Part shown: piece after piece, positions 50,761 to 64,000 of the stretch
Numbering within the stretch: the stretch's first letter is position 1
Layout of the letters: each line of letters begins with the position of its first letter
Assembly (NCBI RefSeq): GCF_009914755.1
Contig: NC_060926.1
Source of the DNA: the human T2T-CHM13v2.0 reference genome, Homo sapiens
Length of the DNA stretch: 64,000 nucleotides
Strand: one strand, 5' to 3'
The notes under the pieces: generated by a model
Seen by the model: the letters and a program-made list of their open reading frames with translations, nothing else
What the model was told of the DNA's origin: nothing
Database searches by the model: none
Made by a program: the position numbers and the translations under genes

Positions 50761-51875
50761 TGCTGTTTTAGTATTTATGATGTCCTTTAAGGTTGCTTGT
50801 CTCATTGGGCCTCACAAACACTTTGTGAGATAAGACAAATCCTATTTCCATTTTGCCTCTAGGGAAACAGGCTCTCAGAGATAATTGCTTAGTTTGTGCT
50901 AGAGTCAGCACTCTAATCCAGTCCTGTTTTTTAAAAAATAGCTTAAAAATGTCAAAAGAAGCACAGAATTTTCTGGGAAAGGTGAAATTTGTTGCTTATT
51001 TTCAGTTTTGTAAAGATGTGAATATATTTACCCATGCTCATTAGAGAAGCAGTGTCTAGAGTAAGTTACAGATCCAGAAGAAAATGTTGCCATAACAAGT
51101 GGTCAAAATTTCCTAAAACAGAGTTAAAACAGAATTATACCCAGGCTGTTGTATAGGAATAGGCACTTCTATTCTTTGTAGTTTTGTGATTTTACTTTCA
51201 AGGAAAACGCAGACAGATTGTAGCTGTTCGCAGTTCTAATGGTTCACAGAAAGAAACTGCTTCAGATTATTTTTTTCTCCTAATTATCATGCATCTTAGA
51301 GACATGTTTATGACTAGATTTAAATCTTAACACAGTCTATTAATATTTCAGTTTTGGCATCAGGCACATGAAATAGGATTATTCATGCAAACCTTGCCAA
51401 AAGCATCCTGAGTCAAAACTTGACTAAATTAATACAGTCCTTTTTTGATATTTGAATCATCATATATAAAAATTTTGCAGGAGACCTTGGAAACGTTTTA
51501 ATCCAAATACTTACCCAATGTATGCATTCTGATTCATGAATTGAATCCCCACCCCCCGCTACCTACTCTCTTATTCTTATAGCCAAAAGCAGGAACACTA
51601 ATAATAAAGGACAGAAGCCTAACAACAAACAAAAAAGTCTTGTTCAATTTTCCTTGCTTGGAATATCTTTCCCCACATCGTGTTCCTGGTGAACTCTGAC
51701 TTACCCTGAGTTAATTACTTTCACCTTGTATCAATACTCATATTCTATTTAGCACACTTTATTGAGATTATTTGTTTAAATATATGTACTCTATCAGATG
51801 ATGTGATTTAAAACACATTTTGTTAATCTCCAGCATCCAGTAGAATTCCTGGTATAGTCATGCAGTAAAGATTTG

Positions 51876-52209
<334 letters not shown>

Positions 52210-52216
52210 TGATTTT

Positions 52217-52518
52217 AGCCAGGCTCCGTGGCTCACATCTGTAATCCCAGCACTTAGGGAGGCCAAGGCCAGGCAGATAGCTTGAGCCCAGGAGTTTGGG
52301 ACCAGCCTGGGCAACACGGTGAAAATCTATCTCTATAAAAAAATACAGAAATTAGCTGGGTGTGGTGGCATGCACCTGTAGCCTAGTCTTAGCTACGCTG
52401 GAGGCTGAGGTAAGAGGATCACTTGCCCTGGGAGGCTGAGGCTGCAGTAAGTCCTGATTGTGCCACTGCACTCCAGCCTGGGTGACGAAGCAAGACCCTA
52501 TATTAAAAAAAAAAAAAG
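52217..52518 (+). mobile_element. Alu (AluJ-like)
   Basis: cttgagcccaggagttt, ggctgcagt. Confidence 0.88.
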
Positions 52519-52914
52519 ATTTGTTCATTTGGATGGACTCAGGATCTCAAGAACTCTGAGTTCTGACTGACTGCTGATTGTGAAGTCACTATCTGCATTA
52601 CCATTAACTAACACTTACAAAGCCCTCATAGCTAGAAGAACTAAACTGGACCTATAAGACATATAAAGTATCTTGCACACAGTCCCAGCACTTAGGAAGT
52701 TAATGAAGTCTATAAATTCAAAGTAGAAGTCAAGCTCAGCAAATGTAGATTCAATATTAATGTTGAGAAGACTACCAGTGCATACACACGTAATCAATGG
52801 GGCGTCAATGTGTGGGATATGTAAAAGGATTAGTGATATTGAGATTGGGCCATGTTATTAGCCAACTTCGCAAGGATCAATCAATCCTTCAACATAAAAT
52901 TACTGAGCAATTAT

Positions 52915-54262
<1,348 letters not shown>

Positions 54263-54408
54263 TACAAGGGCTATAGGAGAAAAAAGATGATTGGATGAGA
54301 GGCTGCAGGGGAAACAGTGTCCTCAGGGGAGAGCCAGGTTATAGTTAGAGCTAGAAAAAAAAAGCGGTGTGTGTGTGGGGGGGTGTATTTAGAGATAGAA
54401 AGGGAGGA

Positions 54409-54734
<326 letters not shown>

Positions 54735-54759
54735 TTAGAGATAGTTTGAGGGTACAGGG

Positions 54760-55077
<318 letters not shown>

Positions 55078-55532
55078 TGAGGGTACAGGGATTTTATAAA
55101 GGATGGATCATGAATTGCAGAGGGCAGTGTGGAAAAGGTTCTAAGAGCCGTAGAGGAGTAGAACATAGGGCCAGACAGGGGCTGTGCAGAGCTCTATGGG
55201 GGTTCGAGTGAGGAAGATTCCAGATGACCTGAGAATCTGGGTCTTATTAGGGTGATTGACACACACAAGATTATGGGACTTGAGATTCATCCTGGGGGAT
55301 TCATGGCAGTGGTGGTGAGACTTTGCAGGCTGGAGGGTGGAGAAGGAGAGATATTTCAAGCTTTCTTTTGATCTTGTTGGAGGAGAGGAAGTCCAGACAA
55401 GAGGCATTTCACTGGCCCCAGTTGATGTGTTTAAGAACTTCTAGGGAAGATGGATGTTGCTCCTTGCAGGCACCATATAGTTACTCCTGTTTGTGTAGAA
55501 ATGGGAGGCCTAGGGTGTTTGAGACTCAGTTA

Positions 55533-55598
55533 TTAGGTTGGTGAAAAAATTATTGCCACGTAATTGCAAAAACCGCAATTACTTTCGCATCAACCTAA
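55533..55598. mobile_element. MADE1 (Hsmar1-derived MITE), internally shortened
   Basis: Inverted termini ttaggttggtg...catcaacctaa flanked by TA duplications (55531-55532 and 55599-55600); contains aaaaaccgcaattacttt. Confidence 0.88.
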
Positions 55599-55844
55599 TA
55601 CATTTAAAGTTTTAAGAAGCAACGTGGGACAAAGAGAAGTTATGTGGGAATTGTTCTTTAAGTATTTGCTATTATCCTATTAAAATAGAAGCAATCGTTT
55701 CATCATAGTCTAAAATCATGACAACCAAAGTTAATAAGTAGCAGAGTCTGTGCCACTTTGATATCGCTCAGATGAATTCCTCCCAGGGGACGGTGTCAGG
55801 GATGTTCTTCAGATGACCATGTATCAGTGCATGGAGAAGAATAT

Positions 55845-56140
<296 letters not shown>

Positions 56141-56239
56141 AATATCATTTTTAAAGGAACTAAACTAGCCATTCAAAAACCTGAGTTCAAGTTCCACTTT
56201 TTAATTAACTAATTGTGAATTTTCATGCTCATTATTCTC

Positions 56240-56562
<323 letters not shown>

Positions 56563-56949
56563 TCGTTATTCACTTTTAAAATATCAGTATAATGAAGAGT
56601 ACCTCACAGATAAATGAAAAATAAAATGTGATATGTATACAAAGAAGCACTGTAAACAAAAAAGTAACACAGAAAAATAAGGTGGTATTATCATAGCGAA
56701 AATGTTGTCTATTTTCTATAGTTAATCTATGAATATAATGGAAGTCCCAGAAGCATACTTGAAAATACTCAGCAGATCATGTGCCCCATCACCAGTAGCT
56801 AGAGGAACAAGTAGTGGTTCTTTGAAAATGGCAATCTCTACTCAGAAATATAAGAGAAAAAATTTTAAAATACTCAAAATAGAATTATCATCATTTGCTT
56901 TAGTCAGTAACAGAGACTGCAAAGAATGAGTAAATTTTTACTTACATTA

Positions 56950-57878
<929 letters not shown>

Positions 57879-57992
57879 GTTGATATTAAAGTATTTTTTG
57901 AAAGGAAATAATAAATGTTACAAGGTTTTATCCTTAAATTAATGCATTTTAGTTAAACATTTCAGAAAGGCTTTAAAATATTTTTAATTTTG

Positions 57993-58290
57993 GGCCAGGC
58001 ACTGTGGCTCACACCTGTAATCCCAGCACTTTGGGAGGCTGAAGTGGGCGGATCACAAGGTCAGGAGATCAAGACCATCCTGGCTAACACGGTGAAACCC
58101 CCTCTCTACTAAAAATACAAAAAATTAGCCAGGCGTGGTGGCGGGTGCCTGTAGTCCCAGCTACTCAGGAGGCTGAGGCAGGGGAATGGCGTGAACCCAG
58201 GAGGCAGAGCTTGCAGTGAGCCGAGATCGGGCCACTGCACTCTAGCCCGGGCGACAGAGCAAGACTCCATCTCAAAAAAAAAAAAAAAAA
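57993..58290 (+). mobile_element. AluY
   Basis: ggctaacacggtgaaacc, gaatggcgtgaacc. Confidence 0.92.
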
Positions 58291-58673
58291 GATACTTCTA
58301 CTAAAAAAAAATGTTTTGTGACTGAAAATTGACTTACAGAAACACTCATACTTGGAGAAACTTTCCCATGCCTACTTGACATTTCACATATGGTAGTTTA
58401 AGCTAAACTAGGTGGGAATGGGGAAGGGACACTGCAAATACAAGGGCAAAGAGAGAGGAGAAAGTGTCCAAAAGCACCTAGTGTCTTCACTGAGAAACAA
58501 AAGCACAGTTCCTGCACATGCCATGGAATGTCTGTGGCATTGCATGTCACTATCGTCTTGGAGAAAAAGTTGGTGCCAACCATGGATCTTCTTATGGGAA
58601 GAGCTGTTGGTATAGGCATATCAGCTCATTTTGTCTGCAAGTACAAGGAAACCCAAGTCAAATTACCTTAAAT

Positions 58674-59016
58674 AAGGGGTCCCCAACCCCCAGGCCATGG
58701 AACAGTACCAATCCGTGGCCTGTTAGGAAACGGGCCACACAGCAGGAGGTGAGTGGCGGGTGAGCGAGCATTACCAGTGAGCTCCGCCTCCTGTCATATC
58801 AGCTGCAACATTAGATTCCCATAGAAGTGAGAAGCATATTGTGAACTGCGCATGTGAGGGATGTAGATTGTGTGCTCCTCATGAGAATCTAATGCCTGAT
58901 GATCTGATGTGGAACAGTTTCATCCCGAATCCATCTCACCCTCTCCATCCCTCTGTCCTTGGAAAAATTGTCTTCCATGAAACTGGTCCCTGGTGCCAAA
59001 AAGATTGGGACCACTG
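58674..59016. mobile_element. MER1B-like hAT DNA transposon, inserted in an older MLT1-like LTR
   Basis: ggggtccccaacccc...ccctggtgccaaaaagattgggaccactg; 8-bp TSD ccttaaat (58666-58673 / 59017-59024). Confidence 0.9.
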
Positions 59017-59682
59017 CCTTAAATAATAAAGAAATCCATTGGCCCCCATGACCAGAAGCCCAGACGTAGGACAGATTTTCAGTTATGTTCATCTTTGACT
59101 CTGGCTCCGTTTCCCTGTGCCTCTTCCAGCTCACTCTGTGCTTCTCCATGGGTCAGCTCCATCCTCAGGCCCGTGGTGAATGGATACGCCAGTTCCAGAT
59201 GTATAATCTGTGAATGACATCATCCAGAAGCAGACAAATAAAAGCTTCCAGAAGCTGACGGTTCTGATTTAGGGGACCCTTACCTAGAGGATGGGGGAAA
59301 CCTGCAGTACACTTCTCATGACTAGGCAAGAATTTTCACCTGCCCAATGACGAACAAGAGACAGGGATTTACCCTTCAACCAGAGCTCTGGTAGGCCTAA
59401 GGGAGGGATGCCTTCTAGATTAGCAATCGGTAATGCCCACCCCTACTGTTTCCTTCTGCAGGATTTTGCTGAAGGTAGGTACCATGTTTTACTCATTCTT
59501 TTATTTCTCGTATCTATCATGGTGGCTGGTACATGGTAATTATTCAATAAATGTCATTGAAAAAATAAATTAATAAATGAGTACCTGGAAAAGTGCCAAG
59601 TCTGATTTGCCCTGTAGTTAAAAAAAAAAAAAAAAGTTCAAATAATCCCTGGTTTCCTTGAAATTCAAAAAGAAGGCATTTT

Positions 59683-59995
<313 letters not shown>

Positions 59996-61271
59996 GGAAG
60001 GCATTTTAAAGAACATCCTATCTGGAAGGTGAAGGGGAAGATCCAATAATATAATCAGGTCTCAAATTACATAGGATTTTATAATAGACCAGATGTCAAC
60101 CATTTAAATAACATTTAGCAGTAAATACACATAAGTGCTACATTTTTTTAATGAACAATTTGGATCCTGAATCAAATGAGCTTCTGAATTTCACACAATG
60201 GAATGTTCCAGATTTTCAGCTTGCATTAATCGATTTAGAATTATTTTGCTTGGAGATGGGGGGATGGACTCGTGGGCTGGTGGTTTGCAGGCATTTCTTC
60301 CAGATTTTAAGATTATATTGGGATTTAGCACTACAGGGCTCAATAGAAACTCAACAGAAAGCAACTGGCACCAGTTAGGAACTACTTCCTGCTGATTGCA
60401 AGTTTTTCTCCCTACTTTCTTCACAATTTACCCAGGACAATATAAATGTTACAAATTATCAGCATTGATTGGATTACTGTGAGTAGGAGGAAACAGGATA
60501 TTAATAAATGTTTTGTAGCAGCCTTTCAGACCTGAATGTGCCCAGCCTCTTGCTGCTGTTTTTTAGGGTTGTAGTCTCTTTCTTTGCATTGGCGATATCC
60601 TGTCCCTGTCAAACGCTTTACAACGTAAACACTTCAACAAGTGGGTGTCTTTGGGAGGAGCCCTTAGTCTTTCATAGCAATAAACTTCAGCACTTCCTCA
60701 TTTTGGCTGCCTCCTCATTCTGATTCTAAAGAAAACAAACAAGCCTGGCCTCCGCCTCAGCTACTGTGCACCTGCAAGAGGTGAACGGTGATGGTACCAG
60801 TCTAGGCCCTGATGGTCTAACCAGGGGTCCAGATTGGCAACTAACAATGTTTGGTTGAGCCCACACGATGTGTGTTTTTTCTTTTTACAGTATTTGGATT
60901 TGAATGACTTCAGCTGAGACATGCTTTTTCTGGGCATTGTTAAGTCTCACTATCTCTTATTTGACTAATGTGTTTCCATTACGTGCCCAGCTCCTGTAGG
61001 CGTTGACCTTGCCTCCCCAGACTAAACCACAGAAGCAAGTCCATAGACATTGAGGCTGCGCTTATTTAGGTTAAGTAGGGAAAAGTACAGAGTTAAGCAG
61101 ATACCTTTTTTTACCGTCCTAGAATAAACATAGCCATCAGTATTTTCAATTGTTGCTTCCAGAACTGTGATGAAACTCGGAAGGACCTTCAAAGCTTGGT
61201 TACCATTACACCTATGTATATAAAAGTGTGATTTTGGATTGACTTGGAACTCAAAGAAGTTTCCTGGGCCA

Positions 61272-61588
<317 letters not shown>

Positions 61589-61667
61589 TTAGTTCATCTC
61601 AATTGTTTCTACTGTTAATACAATATCTGGTTTTGGAGGAAGAGAAGTGTTTTCTGTATGTACATAA

Positions 61668-62306
<639 letters not shown>

Positions 62307-62644
62307 ATTCTTACATTCTTATATATCTACTCTTAACATTTTTATATTCATGCATCCACTCAGCCAATATTTGGAGCTACTGCTGTGGACTGAGTACTTG
62401 CTGAACCATGTTGTACTAACCCTTGCCTAACTGGTTAACTCTGGGTGATAACCTGTGAAAAATGAGGAATGTTGTAAGCCAGTCCTTTAGGGCAACCTTA
62501 ATTCAGGTCATTTGTGAAGAGATACATCATAAATCCTTATGATACATATAAATTTTAGTATTTTAATTAGAGGGTAAGTGATCATCTTTATACCAGCTGT
62601 TTCCTAGCTGTCCAAAGTGACTTAAACATGGTATTCTTTTACAG

Positions 62645-63340
62645 AAATTTTTGTTTTGAAAGTATAAATTCACATGCAGTTGTAACGATAGTACTGAGAG
62701 TTCTCTTGTACAAGTCACTCAGGTTCTCCCAATGGTTATATTTTGTATAACTACAGTATAATCTCAAAGCTGAGAAACTGACACTGGCAAAATGTATGTG
62801 TCTAGTTTAATGCCATTTTATCACATGTGCACACTCATGTAACAACCACCTCTGTCAAGATACAGGGCTATTCTATCACCAGGAAGACTGCCCTCTTCTT
62901 ACCTCCCCACACCATCCCTCTTGCTACCTGCCCCTCTCCCAACCCCTAAACTCTGGCAACCACAGGTCTATTTTCCATTTGTATAAACTTGTCATTTTGA
63001 GATAGTTAAATAAATGGAATCATATGGTATGTGCTCTTTTGAGATTGGGCTTTTCTCACTTAGCATAAGCCTTTGCAATCCTTCCAAGTTATTGCGTGTA
63101 TCCAAAGTTCATTTCTTTTTATTGCTGGGTAGTATTCCACTGGGCGGATGTGTCATAGTATTTTGGCTATTTCAAATCAAGTTGCTGTGTATAACCATGT
63201 ACAAGTTTGTGTGGCTTTACGTTTTTATTTATCTGGGATAAATGCAATTGCTAGGATATGTCGTAAGAGCATGTGTAGTCTTTTTTAAGAAACTGCCCAG
63301 CTGTTTTTCAGAGGGGTCATATCATTTTACATTCCCAGTG
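62645..63340 (-). mobile_element. L1MC-like 3' fragment
   Basis: ctctggcaaccac...taaatggaatcatat...aagaaactgcccagctgttttt. Confidence 0.75.
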
Positions 63341-63691
63341 TGTTATTTTTTTAATTAAAAAAATAAATTCCTTAATAAATTGATTATTGATAATGGTTCT
63401 TCACATGGGAAAGCCAATTTGTGAATTTGTTTATAATCATTATGTATGACCACATCACGGTCTTTTTCCAACACATCATAATTGATGGGGAAACCTAGGA
63501 TCCTAGGTCATTGGCTGACTAGACCAGCAAATATAGAAGTTATCTTATACAGATATGAGCAGGAATGGACACATCCATCAACAGGCCTTCCATTGTTGGA
63601 CTTCACTATATCAGTGTGGACACAATTCGTTCCGGCATTCCAGGTAATCAAGAGTCACTTTGTTGTCAAAGATGCTGAAACAATTTTTTAG

Positions 63692-63985
<294 letters not shown>

Positions 63986-64000
63986 TAGCTCCACTTTTTT

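Noticed and set aside
59446-59480. Apparent 13-nt plus-strand microexon (ttccttctgcag|gattttgctgaag|gtaggt)
   Set aside because: No host transcript is evident, the length is not a multiple of three, and the donor overlaps an L2 remnant.

Overview
This is primate genomic DNA (human or a great ape), not prokaryotic. The only protein-coding sequence I can support is the first coding exon of CUL3 (cullin-3) on the minus strand: ATG at 7224, 22 codons [22 protein letters not shown], and a GTGAGT donor at 7158-7153. It lies in a CpG island (about 6.6-8.15 kb) that holds the 5' leader and promoter. Bases 1-7158 are CUL3 intron 1. The rest (about 8.2-64 kb) is upstream intergenic DNA dominated by interspersed repeats: about 55 Alu copies, a full solo LTR12C (ERV9), a 5'-inverted L1PA4-like insertion, and older L1M, L2, MIR, MaLR and DNA transposon remnants. 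Nearly all entries in the ORF track are Alu, L1 or LTR artefacts or GC-rich open frames. I found no convincing new gene or multi-gene system. The best leads are regulatory and structural. (1) The CUL3 5' leader has exactly two upstream AUGs, one opening a 15-codon poly-Arg uORF and one an AUG-UGA start-stop, with CCG repeat tracts between them. (2) A solo LTR12C about 18 kb upstream points toward CUL3 and could act as an alternative promoter. (3) Three local templated insertions or duplications are visible, two of them inside Alu elements. Repeat subfamily names come from my memory of consensus sequences, and repeat boundaries are approximate unless a target-site duplication (TSD) is quoted.
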